DNA of 64,000 nucleotides from Eledone cirrhosa (lineage: Eukaryota), in the NCBI GenBank assembly GCA_964016885.1, contig OZ024740.1, positions 30,876,001-30,940,000 on the forward strand, read 5' to 3'. Shown here one piece after another: positions 1 to 14,100 of the stretch; within the stretch, counting starts at the first letter, position 1; every line of letters begins with the position of its first letter. Made by a program: the position numbers and the translations under genes. Under the pieces are notes generated by a model. That model did not search any database. It was not told the DNA's origin and saw nothing but the letters and a program-made list of their open reading frames with translations.

Positions 1-3000
1 CATACACAGTACATAAACACATCGTACACAATACATAAACACACCATACACAGTACATAAACACACAATACACAGTACATGAACACAAACACACCATACA
101 CAGAACATAAACACACCATACACAGTACACAAACACACCATAAACAGTACATAAATACACCATACACAGTACATAAACACACCATACACAGTACATAAAC
201 AAACCATACACAGTACATAAACTTAAACACACCATACACAGTACATAAACACATCGTACACAATACATAAACACACCATACACAGTACATAAACATACAA
301 TACACAGTACATGAACACAAACACACCATACACAGAACATAAACACACCATACACAGTACACAAACACACCATAAACAGTACATAAACACACCATACACA
401 GTACATAAACAAACCATACACAGTACATAAACACACTGTACACAGTACATAATGGCACCATACACAGTACATAAACACCATACACAGTACATAAACACAC
501 CATACACAGTACATAAACACACCATACACAGTACATAAACACATCGTACACAATACATAAACACACCATACACAGTGCATAAACACACAATACACAGTAC
601 ATAAACACCATACTCAGTACACAAACATAAACACACCATACACAGTACATAAACACACCATACACAGTACATAAACACACCATACACAGTACCTAAACAC
701 ACCATAAACAGTACCTAAACACACCATAAACAGTACGTAAACACATCATACACAGTACATAAATACACCATACACAGTACACAAACACACCATACACAGT
801 ACCTAAACATACCATACACAGCACACAAACACACCATACGCAGTACACAAACACACCATACACAGAACATAAACACACCATACACAGTACATAAACACAC
901 CATACACAGTACATAAACACACCATACACAGTACATAAACATAAACACACCATACACAGTACATAAACACACCATACACAGTACACAAACAGACCATACA
1001 CAGTATATTAACACCCCATACACAGTACATAAACATAAACACATCTAACACAGTACATAAACACACCATACACAGTGCATAAATGCACCATACACAGTAC
1101 ATAAACACCATACACAGTACATAAACATAAACACATCTTACACAGTACATAAACACACCATACACAGTACATAAATGCACCATACACAGTACATAAACAC
1201 GCCATACACAGTACACAAACACACCATATACAGTACATAAACACCATACTCAGTACATAAACACACCATACACAGTGCATAAACACACCATACACAGTAC
1301 ACAAACACACCATACACAGTACATAAACACACCATACACAGTACACAAACACACTATACACAGGAGACAAACACACCATACATAGTACATAAACACACCA
1401 TACACAGTACATAAACACACCATACACAGTACATAAACACATCGTACACAATACATAAACACACCATACACAGTGCATAAACACACAATACACAGTACAA
1501 AAACACCATACTCAGTACACAAACATAAACACACCATACACAGTACATAAACACACCATACATAGTACACAAACACACCATACACAGTACATAAAAACAC
1601 CATACACAGTACCTAAACACACCATACACAGTACGTAAACACATCATACACAGTACATAAACACACCATACACAGTACACAAACACACCATACACAGTAC
1701 CTAAACATACCATACACAGCACACAAACACACCATACACAGTACACAAACACACCATACACAGAACATAAACACACCATACACAGTACATAAACTCACCA
1801 TACACAGTACATAAACACACCATACACAGTACATAAACATAAACACACCATACACAGTACATAAACACACCATACACAGTACACAAACAGACCATACACA
1901 GTATATTAACACCCCATACACAGTACATAAACATAAACACATCTAACACAGTACATAAACACACCATACACAGTGCATAAATGCACCATACACAGTACAT
2001 AAACACCATACACAGTACATAAACATAAACACATCTTACACAGTACATAAACACACCATACACAGTACATAAATGCACCATACACAGTACATAAACACGC
2101 CATACACAGTACACAAACACACCATACACAGTACATAAACACACCATACACAGTACATAAACACACTATACAGAGGACACAAACACACCATACACAGAAT
2201 ACAAACACACCATATACAGTACATAAACACCATACTCAGTACATAAACACACCATACACAGTGCATAAACACACCATACACAGTACATAAACACACCATA
2301 CACAGTACACAAACACACTATACAGAGGACACAAACACACCATACACAGTGCATAAACACGCCATATACAGTACACAAACACACTATACACAGGACACAA
2401 ACACACCATACATAGTACATAAACACACCATACACAGTACATAAACACAGCATACACAGTACATAAACACATCGTACACAATACATAAACACACCATACA
2501 CAGTACATAAACACACAATACACAGTACATGAACACAAACACACCATACACAGAACATAAACACACCATACACAGTACACAAACACACCATAAACAGTAC
2601 ATAAATACACCATACACAGTACATAAACACACCATACACAGTACATAAACAAACCATACACAGTACATAAACTTAAACACACCATACACAGTACATAAAC
2701 ACATCGTACACAATACATAAACACACCATACACAGTACATAAACACACAATACACAGTACATGAACACAAACACACCATACACAGAACATAAACACACCA
2801 TACACAGTACACAAACACACCATAAACAGTACATAAACACACCATACACAGTACATAAACAAACCATACACAGTACATAAACACACTGTACACAGTACAT
2901 AATGGCACCATACACAGTACATAAACACCATACACAGTACATAAACACACCATACACAGTACATAAACACACCATACACAGTACATAAACACATCGTACA

Positions 3001-6000
3001 CAATACATAAACACACCATACACAGTGCATAAACACACAATACACAGTACATAAACACCATACACAGTACACAAACATAAACACATCATGCACAGTACAT
3101 AAACACACCATACATAGTACACAAACACACCATACACAGTACATAAACACACCATACACAGTACCTAAACACACTATACAGAGGACACAAACACACCATA
3201 CACAGAATACAAACACACCATATACAGTACATAAACACCATACTCAGTACATAAACACACCATACACAGTGCATAAACACACCATACACAGTACATAAAC
3301 ACACCATACCTAGTACACAAACACACTATAAAGAGGACACAAACACACCATACGCAGTACATAAACACGCCATATACAGTACACAAACACACTATACACA
3401 GGACACAAACACACCATACATAGTACATAAACACACCATACACAGTACATAAACACACCATACACAGTACATAAACAAACCATACACAGTACATAAACAC
3501 ACTGTACACAGTACATAAAGGCACCATACACAGTACATAAACACCATACACAGTACATAAACACACCATACATAGTACACAAACACACCATACACAGTAC
3601 CTAAACACACCATACACAGTACATAAACACACCATACACAGTACACAAACACACCATACACAGTACCTAAACATACCATACACAGCACACAAACAGACCA
3701 TACACAGTACACAAACACATCATGCACAGTACATAAACACACCATACATAGTACACAAACACACCATACACAGTACATAAACACACCATACACAGTACCT
3801 AAACACACCATACACAGTACGTAAACACATCATACACAGTACATAAACACACCATACACAGTACACAAACACACCATACACAGTACACAAACACACCATA
3901 CACAGTACATTAACACACCATACACAGTACATAAACACACCATACACAGTACATAAACACACCATACACAGTACATAAACACCATACACAGTACCTAAAC
4001 ACACCATACACAGTACGTAAACACATCATACACAGTACATAAACACACCATACACAGTACACAAACACACCATACACAGTACCTAAACATACCATACACA
4101 GCACACAAACACACCATACACAGTACACAAACACACCATACACAGAACATAAACACACCATACACAGTACATAAACACGCCATACACAGTACATAAACAC
4201 ACCATACACAGTACATAAACATAAACACACCACACACAGTACATAAACACACCATACACAGTACACAAACTGACCATACACAGTATATTAACACACCATA
4301 CACAGTACATAAATGCACCATACATAGTACATAAACACACCATACACAGTACACAAACACACCATACACAGTACATTAACACACCATACACAGTACACAA
4401 ACACACCATACACAGTACATAAACACACCATACACAGTACATAAACACCATACACAGTACATAAACATAAACACATCTAACACAGTACATAAACACACCA
4501 TACACAGTGTATAAATGCACCAGACACAGTACATAAACACCATACACAGTACATAAACATAAACACATCTTACACAGTACATAAACACACCATACACAGT
4601 ACATAAATGCACCATACACAGTACATAAACACACTATACAGAGGACACAAACACACCATACACAGAATACAAACACACCATATACAGTACATAAACACCA
4701 TACTCAGTACATAAACACACCATACACAGTGCATAAACACACCATACACAGTACATAAACACACCATACCTAGTACACAAACACACTATAAAGAGGACAC
4801 AAACACACCATACGCAGTACATAAACACGCCATATACAGTACACAAACACACTATACACAGGACACAAACACACCATACATAGTACATAAACACACCATA
4901 CACAGTACATAAACACACCATACACAGTACATAAACAAACCATACACAGTACATAAACACACTGTACACAGTACATAAAGGCACCATACACAGTACATAA
5001 ACACCATACACAGTACATAAACACACCATACATAGTACACAAACACACCATACACAGTACCTAAACACACCATACACAGTACATAAACACACCATACACA
5101 GTACACAAACACACCATACACAGTACCTAAACATACCATACACAGCACACAAACAGACCATACACAGTACACAAACACACCATACACAGAACATAAACAC
5201 ACCATATACAGTACATAAACACACCATACACAGTACATAAACACACCATACACAGTACATAAACACACCATACACAGTACATAAACACACCATACACAGT
5301 ACCTAAACACACCATACACAGTACGTAAACACATCATACACAGTACATAAACACACCATACACAGTACACAAACACACCATACACAGTACCTAAACATAC
5401 CATACACAGCACACAAACACACCATACACAGTACACAAACACACCATACACAGTACATAAACACACCATACACAGTACATAAACACATCGTACACAATAC
5501 ATAAACACACCATATACAGTACATAAACACACCATACACAGTACATAAACACACCATACACAGTACCTAAACACACCATACACAGTACGTAAACACATCA
5601 TACACAGTACATAAACACACCATACACAGTACACAAACACACCATACACAGTACCTAAACACACCATACACAGTACGTAAACACATCATACACAGTACAT
5701 AAACACACCATACACAGCACACAAACACACCATACACAGTACGTAAACACATCATACACAGTACATAAACTCACCATACACAGTACACAAACACACCATA
5801 CACAGTACCTAAACATACCATACACAGCACACAAACACACCATACACAGTACATAAACACACCATACACAGTACATAAACACATCGTACACAATACATAA
5901 ATACACCATACACAGTACATAAACACACCATACACAGAACATAAACACACCATACAGAGTACATAAACACACCATACACTGAACATAAACACACCATACA

Positions 6001-8380
6001 CAGTACATAAACACACCATACATAGTACACAAACACACCATACACAGTACATATACACAGTACATAAACACACCATACACAGTACACTAACACACCATAC
6101 ACAGTACCTTAACACACTATACACAGTACACAAACACACAATACACAGTACACAAACACACCATACACAGAACATAAACACACCATACACAGTACATAAA
6201 CACACCATACACATTACATAAACAAACCATACACAGTACATAAACATAAACACACCATACACAGTACATAAACACACCATACACAGTACATAAACATAAA
6301 CACACCATATACAGTACACAAACACACAATACACAGTACACAAACACACCATACACAGAACATAAACACACCATACACAGTACATAAACACACCATACAC
6401 ATTACATAAACAAACCATACACAGTACATAAACATAAACACACCATACACAGTACACAAACACACCATACACAGTACATAAACACACCATACACAATACA
6501 CAAACACACCATACACAGTACATAAACACACCATACACAGTACATAAACACACCATACACAGTACATAAACACACCATACGCAGTACATAAACACACCAT
6601 ACACAGTACACAAACACACCATACACAGTACATAAACACACCATACACAGTACATAAACACACCATACACAGTACATAAACACATCGTACACAATACATA
6701 AACACACCATACACAGTACATAAACACACCATACACAGTACATAAACACACCATACACAGTACCTAAACACACCATACACAGTACGTAAACACATCATAC
6801 ACAGTACATAAACACACCATACACAGTACACAAACACACCATACACAGTACCTAAACATACCATACACAGCACACAAACACACCATACACAGTACGTAAA
6901 CACATCATACACAGTACATAAACACACCATACACAGTACACAAACACACCATACACAGTACCTAAACATACCATACACAGCACACAAACACACCATACAC
7001 AGTACATAAACACACCATACACAGTACATAAACACATCGTACACAATACATAAATACACCATACACAGTACATAAACACACCATACACAGAACATAAACA
7101 CACCATACAGAGTACATAAACACACCATACACTGAACATAAACACACCATACACAGTACATAAACACACCATACATAGTACACAAACACACCATACACAG
7201 TACATATACACAGTACATAAACACACCATACACAGTACACTAACACACCATACACAGTACCTTAACACACTATACACAGTACACAAACACACAATACACA
7301 GTACACAAACACACCATACACAGAACATAAACACACCATACACAGTACATAAACACACCATACACATTACATAAACAAACCATACACAGTACATAAACAT
7401 AAACACACCATACACAGTACATAAACACACCATACACAGTACATAAACATAAACACACCATATACAGTACACAAACACACAATACACAGTACACAAACAC
7501 ACTATACACAGAACATAAACACACCATACACAGTACATAAACACACCATACACATTACATAAACAAACCATACACAGTACATAAACATAAACACACCATA
7601 CACAGTACACAAACACACCATACACAGTACATAAACACACCATACACAATACACAAACACACCATACACAGTACATAAACACACCATACACAGTACATAA
7701 ACACACCATACACAGTACATAAACACACCATACGCAGTACATAAACACACCATACACAGTACACAAACACACCATACACAGTACATAAACACACCATACA
7801 CAGTACATAAACACACCATACGCAGTACATAAACACACCATACACAGTACACAAACACACCATACACAGTACATAAACACACCATACACAGTACATAAAC
7901 ACACCATACACAGTACATAAACACCATACTCAGTACACAAACACAGCATACACAGTACATAAACACACCATACACAGTACACAAACACACCATACACAGT
8001 ACATAAACACACCATACACAGTACATAAACACCATACTCAGTACATAAATACACCATACACAGTACATAAATACAACGTACACAGTACATAAACACTCCG
8101 TACACAGTATGCAAACACACCATACACAGTACATAAACACATCGTACACAGTACATAAACACACCATACACATTACACGAACACACCATACACAGTACAT
8201 AAACACACCATACACAGTACTTAAACACACCATACACATCACATAAACACACCATACACAGTACACGAACACACCATACACAGTACATAAACACACCATA
8301 CACAGTACTTAAACACACCATACACATCACATAAACACACCATACACAGCACATAAATGCACCATACAGAGTACATTAAC
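1..8380. repeat. 22-bp minisatellite (consensus CATACACAGTACATAAACACAC) with 20/28-bp variants and higher-order duplications; begins before the window
   Basis: Tandem unit read directly; + strand is G-poor. Identical spurious ORFs recur at fixed offsets (898, 1153, 1460 bp). Confidence 0.97.
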
Positions 8381-8420
8381 ACAAACATAGCCCAACTATG
8401 AATATGGAAAGGCTGACAGC

Positions 8421-8436
8421 CAGCGCCATCTAGTGG
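8421..8436 (-). promoter_or_regulatory. CTCF-binding motif
   Basis: CAGCGCCATCTAGTGG, whose reverse complement CCACTAGATGGCGCTG closely matches the bilaterian CTCF core, in unique DNA between the minisatellite and the gene. Confidence 0.6.
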
Positions 8437-8678
8437 ATTCCAGCAGAAGCAGTGAAGGACAACTGTCTCTGGCCCTTGTCAGGACACTGCTTCATTTATT
8501 TCCATTTTGAATAATCTCCCTTGCCTAAGTTTGGTTGATTTAATCATTATTCAACCATGTGTACCTTTCCTTGATTAATGAACACTATCATGCTCACCAC
8601 TTTAGGTGTGTTAATACTTACTTCCCTTTCCGAGCAGTGTTGTTCTCATGCTTATTGTTTTACTTTTTTATGTTTCAG

Positions 8679-8730
8679 CTGGAAATTCAAGTAAAACCTA
8701 CAGACTCAGAGAAATTATTAAAGATGCAAG
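8679..8730 (+). other. Candidate 5'-UTR exon of the mucin-like gene
   Basis: Pyrimidine tract plus TTTCAG acceptor ending at 8678 and CAAG|GTAAAA donor at 8731. It lies upstream of the ATG exon, which has its own acceptor and so needs an upstream exon. Confidence 0.45.
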
Positions 8731-8934
8731 GTAAAAAAGAACTTTTGAGTGAACTATGAATCTGTGTTATACTTACAACTGCTATTCAGTTCTTTGTGCT
8801 ACTTTATACAATATTTTGCTGAAAGTGTCTCTGTTTATCTCTCTGTCATAACTTTTTTCCTATCTTCCTCTCGCTTCTTCTCTGACCACTCTTCTATTCA
8901 TTAAGAGGTTTTATTTAACCTGGCTATTTGCTAT

Positions 8935-9052
8935 GATGTGAAGGCTGAGTGGTTAGAGAATTGGATTCACAATCTTGAGGTTGTGAGTTCGATTCCTGGA
9001 CCGGATGATGTGTTATGTCCTTGAGCAAGACACTTTATTTCACGTTGCTCCT
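8935..9052 (+). mobile_element. tRNA-derived CORE-type SINE fragment
   Basis: A-box-like GGCTGAGTGGTTAG and B-box GTTCGATTCC, followed by the CORE-like TGTCCTTGAGCAAGACACTT. Confidence 0.65.
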
Positions 9053-9863
9053 TCTATCTGGAGTTGCGACCAATAGATAGTACTAGCAACTGGAAAGATC
9101 AATGGAAAAATTGTTTCCTTGGTCCAATTTGACGAAAGTCAATTGATCCTTTTTTTTTTTTTTTGCAATGATCATCATACCAGCTGGCTGTTTTACAGCT
9201 ATTTCTGTGTTTGAGACTCCTACAATTTTACGAAATATTTTACACACTCAATGCTCCAAATCATTTCATATCACTTATATTTCACTTGCTCAGTCTACAA
9301 AGCTGTAAAAACATAGCATATGTGAGAACATCTCATTGTTAGAATCACAAATTTTCATTAACTTGTTATTCAGAATTGAAATCTTTCCATGAATCAGGAT
9401 CATGATAGAAGGGTTCAGCTCTCTTTTTTTTTATCCTGCTCTATACTTGTCATACGAAAGTAAATTTTAAATAGAAGCTGACTTTACTTTGTTCTTTTAA
9501 CTCTCACCCCACCTCACTCTACCAAAGATTTCATAACTATTATTGTAAGATAACCAATACTTAAACAAGAATTTTTCACATTATAAGTGGTAATGGCTTA
9601 TCATGAACATTTATCACCCCTATCACCTTCAGAGCTAGCTTCTCACTCTATCCATCTTTTGGAAATTTCCTCCTCAAACTACTCTAACATGACCTGAAAC
9701 AGTTTGTATATTTGAAATGAATAACTAGAGAGCATGTGGTTTTGTGTCTCTTCTAAAATTATATTTTTCCTCAGAATACTCATGCAAAGTAATGACCCAT
9801 AGTATTTTAATTAAACAAAACTGTCTTGTTATGAATGAACTTGTGATACAACGTTTTTATCAT

Positions 9864-9937
9864 TAAAATAGAGTACCAGTAATACACTGGGATAATTGCT
9901 GGCCTTGTGCCAAAAGTAGAAACAATTATTAAAATAA
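9864..9937 (+). mobile_element. 3' fragment of the adjacent SINE family
   Basis: Near-identical direct repeat of 10065-10138 (TAAAATARAGTACCAGT...CCAAAAGTAGAAACAATTATTAAAATAA). Confidence 0.7.
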
Positions 9938-9942
9938 GGGCA

Positions 9943-10130
9943 GTGGATTGGCAGTATTGGTAGAGAGTTGGACGCCATGCTTTGCAGCATAGAGTTATGT
10001 CCCTTTTCGGTTTGAGTTCAAATCCCGCTGAGGTTAACTTTGCCTTTTATCCTTACGAGGTCGATAAAATAAAGTACCAGTAATGCACTGGGATAATTGC
10101 TGGCCTTGTGCCAAAAGTAGAAACAATTAT
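9943..10130 (+). mobile_element. tRNA-derived SINE, copy A
   Basis: A-box-like TGGCAGTATTGG, B-box GAGTTCAAATCC, body TTTGCCTTTTATCC...GATAAAATAAAGTACCAG resembling octopus SINEs; a second copy lies inverted at 10612-10799. Confidence 0.8.
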
Positions 10131-10289
10131 TAAAATAAAGTCATTATTTATTCTATGTATGATTTTAAAGGTGTATTATGACCAGCTAACTTTATTGAAT
10201 TTTATGTATGAAATTTTATATATATTTCTATTTTTTTTTTATTTTCTCTTTTTAAAGGTGTACATATAATACCAAGAACTTTGGACATC

Positions 10290-10326
10290 ATGTGGATTGC
10301 AGTTATCATCTTATCATTTTATATTT
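10290..10326 (+). CDS. First coding exon (exon 10258-10326) of a mucin-like secreted/membrane protein; signal peptide start MWIAVIILSFYI
   Basis: Long poly-T tract plus AAG acceptor ending at 10257, ATG at 10290, hydrophobic codons, and GTAAGT donor at 10327 (phase 1). Joins in frame to the exon at 45622. Confidence 0.75.
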
Positions 10327-10611
10327 GTAAGTATTGCTTCCTGAATGTCAGGTTGTTGAAGGCTCTAGATAGCCATGTCAAATAATTTATGATGAGTTGA
10401 GTGTTTCATTGTCTTTGGTTCAAATCTAGTAGCAGTCAAAAGTGCTCTTCATTTCTTGATAAAAGATCTTTTTTTATCTTCAAAGTTCTGAAAGTTTTAT
10501 GATATTAGTTGGGTGAAAGATAAATGTCTTCCTAAATATAAGGCTAGTCTGTCACAGGTACCTTTGATATTCAACTCTGGCAGCTAAAGAACTGAGTCAG
10601 GTGCAAAATAT

Positions 10612-10799
10612 ATAATTATTTCTACTTTTGGCACAAGACCAGCAATTATCCCAGTGCGTTACTGGTACTTTATTTTATCGACCCCGTAAGGATGAAAGGC
10701 AAAGTTAACCTCGGCGGGATTTGAACTCAGACTGAAAAGGGACATAACTCTATGCTGCAAAGCATGGCGTCCAACCCACTACCGATACTGCCAATCCAC
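10612..10799 (-). mobile_element. tRNA-derived SINE, copy B (inverted relative to copy A)
   Basis: Reverse complement aligns ungapped to 9943-10130 with about 11 mismatches in 188 bp by manual count. Confidence 0.8.
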
Positions 10800-11172
10800 C
10801 ATATATAATAAGAGGAGATATGTATCATAAGAGAGGAGGAGAGAGAGAGAGAGAGAGGTGTGATACAGTATGCTAAATGCCGATAGCCGAAGCGAGGTGT
10901 GCTCAATGCTTAGGGTAGCATTGTTAAATATTAAAAAGAGTTAATATTTAATGAAGAAGTCAAGCAGAGCAAGTATAAGCAAAATAAATAAATGAGGGAG
11001 GTTCAATTCATTCAAAACAAAATTTTACTTCTTACATTATGTTTCAACTATACCACAGCGGGTGACAGTGTTTACATATGTGTAAGTTGTTAACGCTGTG
11101 GTACAGAATCCTCAGAGAAGATATAATTGTTAATACTGATGTCAATCAAAGTTGGCCTAACCAACCAATCTG

Positions 11173-14100
11173 GGTAAAAGTTCATTTCAAGCAGAGGTTA
11201 ATCCTGGATAAAAGTTCAATTAAAGTAGGGGTTAATCCTGGATAAAAGTTCATTTAAAGTAGGGGTTAATCCTGGATAAAAGTTCAATTAAAGTAGGGGT
11301 TAATCCTGGATAAAAGTTCAATTAAAGTAGGGGTTAATCCTGGATAAAAGTTCATTTAAAGCAGGGGTTAAACCTGGATAAAAGTTCATTTCAAGCAGAG
11401 GTTAATCCTGGATAAAAGTTCATTTAAAGCAGAGATTAATCCTGGATAAAAGTTCATTTAAAGTAGGGGTTAATCCTGGATAAAAGTTCATTTAAAGTAG
11501 AGGTTACACCTGGATAAAAGTTCAATTAAAGTAGGGGTTAATCCTGGATAAAAGTTCAATTAAAGTAGAGGTTAATCCTGGATAAAAGTTCATTTAAAGT
11601 AGAGGTTAAACCTGGATAAAAGTTCATTTAAAGTAGAGGTTAATCCTGGATGAAAGTTCATTTAAAGTAGGGGTTAATCCTGGATAAAAGTTCAATTAAA
11701 GTAGGGGTTAATCCTGGATAAAAGTTCAATTAAAGTAGGGGTTAATCCTGGATAAAAGTTCATTTCAAGTAGAGGTTAATCCTGGATAAAAGTTCAATTA
11801 AAGTAGAGGTTAATACTGGATAAAAGTTCATTTAAAGTAGGGGTTAAACCTGGATAAAAGTTCATTTAAAGTAGAGGTTAATCCTGGATAAAAGTTCATT
11901 TAAAGTAGAGGTTAATCCTGGATAAAAGTTCATTTAAAGTAGGGGTTAATCCTGGATAAAAGTTCATTTAAAGTAGGGGTTAATCCTGGATAAAAGTTCA
12001 ATTAAAGTAGGGGTTAATCCTGGATAAAAGTTCATTTAAAGTAGAGGTTAATCCTGGATAAAAGTTCATTTAAAGTAGGGGTTAATCCTGGATAAAAGTT
12101 CATTTAAAGTAGAGGTTAATCCTGGATAAAAGTTCATTTAAAGTAGAGGTTAAACCTGGATAAAAGTTCATTTAAAGTAGAGGTTAATCCTGGATAAAAG
12201 TTCATTTAAAGTAGAGGTTAATCCTGGATAAAAGTTCATTTAAAGTAGGGGTTAATCCTGGATAAAAGTTCATTTAAAGTAGAAGTTAATCCTGGATAAA
12301 AGTTCATTTAAAGTAGGGGTTAATCCTGGATAAAAGTTCAATTAAAGTAGGGGTTAATCCTGGATAAAAGTTCAATTAAAGCAGAGGTTAATCCTGGATA
12401 AAAGTTCATTTAAAGTAGGGGTTAATCCTGGATAAAAGTTCAATTAAAGTAGGGGTTAATCCTGGATAAAAGTTCAATTAAAGCAGAGGTTAATCCTGGA
12501 TAAAAGTTCATTTAAAGTAGGGGTTAATCCTGGATAAAAGTTCAATTAAAGTAGGGGTTAATCCTGGATAAAAGTTCAATTAAAGCAGAGGTTAAACCTG
12601 GATAAAAGTTCATTTAAAGTAGGGGTTAATCCTGGATAAAAGTTCAATTAAAGTAGGGGTTAATCCTGGATAAAAGTTCAATTAAAGCAGAGGTTAATCC
12701 TGGATAAAAGTTCATTTAAAGTAGGTGTTAATCCTGGATAAAAGTTCAATTAAAGTAGGGGTTAATCCTGGATAAAAGTTCAATTAAAGTAGGGGTTAAT
12801 CCTGGATAAAAGTTCATTTAAAGTAGGGGTTAATCCTGGATAAAAGTTCATTTAAAGTAGGGGTTAATCCTGAATAAAAGTTCATTTAAAGTAGAGGTTA
12901 ATCCTGGATAAAAGTTCATTTAAAGTAGGGGTTAATCCTGGATAAAAGTTCAATTAAAGCAGGGGTTAATCCTGGATAAAAGTTCAATTAAAGCAGAGGT
13001 TAATCCTGGATAAAAGTTCATTTAAAGCAGAGGTTAATCCTGGATAAAAGTTCATTTAAAGTAGAGGTTAATCCTGGATAAAAGTTCATTTAAAGTAGAG
13101 GTTAATCCTGGATAAAAGTTCAATTAAAGTAGAGGTTAAACCTGGATAAAAGTTCATTTAAAGCAGAGGTTAATCCTGGATAAAAGTTCATTTAAAGTAG
13201 GGGTTAATCCTGGATAAAAGTTCAATTAAAGTAGGGGTTAATCCGGGATAAAAGTTCATTTAAAGTAGGGGTTAATCCTGGATAAAAGTTCATTTAAAGT
13301 AGAGGTTAATCCTGGATAAAAGTTCATTTAAAGTAGGGGTTAATCCTGAATAAAAGTTCAATTAAAGCAGAGGTTAATCCTGGATAAAAGTTCATTTAAA
13401 GCAGAGGTTAATCCTGGATAAAAGTTCATTTAAAGTAGGGGTTAATCCTGGATAAAAGTTCATTTAAAGTAGGGGTTAATCCTAGATAAAAGTTCAATTA
13501 AAGCAGGGGTTAATCCTGGATAAAAGTTCAATTAAAGTAGAGGTTAAACCTGGATAAAAGTTCAATTAAAGCAGAGGTTAATCCTGGATAAAAGTTCATT
13601 TAAAGCAGAGGTTAATCCTGGATAAAAGTTCATTTAAAGTAGAGGTTAATCCTGGATAAAAGTTCATTCAAAGTAGAGGTTAAACCTGGATAAAAGTTCA
13701 ATTAAAGCAGGGGTTAATCCTGGATAAAAGTTCAATTAAAGTAGAGGTTAATCCTGGATAAAAGTTCATTTAAAGTAGAGGTTAATCCTGGATAAAAGTT
13801 CATTTAAAGTAGGGGTTAATCCTGGATAAAAGTTCAATTAAAGTAGGGGTTAATCCTGGATAAAAGTTCAATTAAAGTAGGGGTTAATCCTGGATAAAAG
13901 TTCAATTAAAGTAGGGGTTAATCCTGGATAAAAGTTCAATTAAAGCAGAGGTTAATCCTGGATAAAAGTTCATTTAAAGTAGGGGTTAATCCTGGATAAA
14001 AGTTCAATTAAAGCAGAGGTTAATCCTGGATAAAAGTTCAATTAAAGTAGGGGTTAATCCTGGATAAAAGTTCAATTAAAGTAGGGGTTAATCCTGGATA

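Noticed and set aside
223-8354. Dozens of Cys/Val/Tyr-rich minus-strand ORFs
   Set aside because: They are translations of the 22-bp repeat in all frames, with frame-breaking unit lengths.
8559-8759. 66-aa ORF
   Set aside because: It has a non-ATG start and spans a pyrimidine tract and splice signals; better explained as intron plus a small exon.
8935-9005. tRNA gene
   Set aside because: A and B boxes are present but the stems are degenerate and the sequence runs into a CORE-like SINE body.
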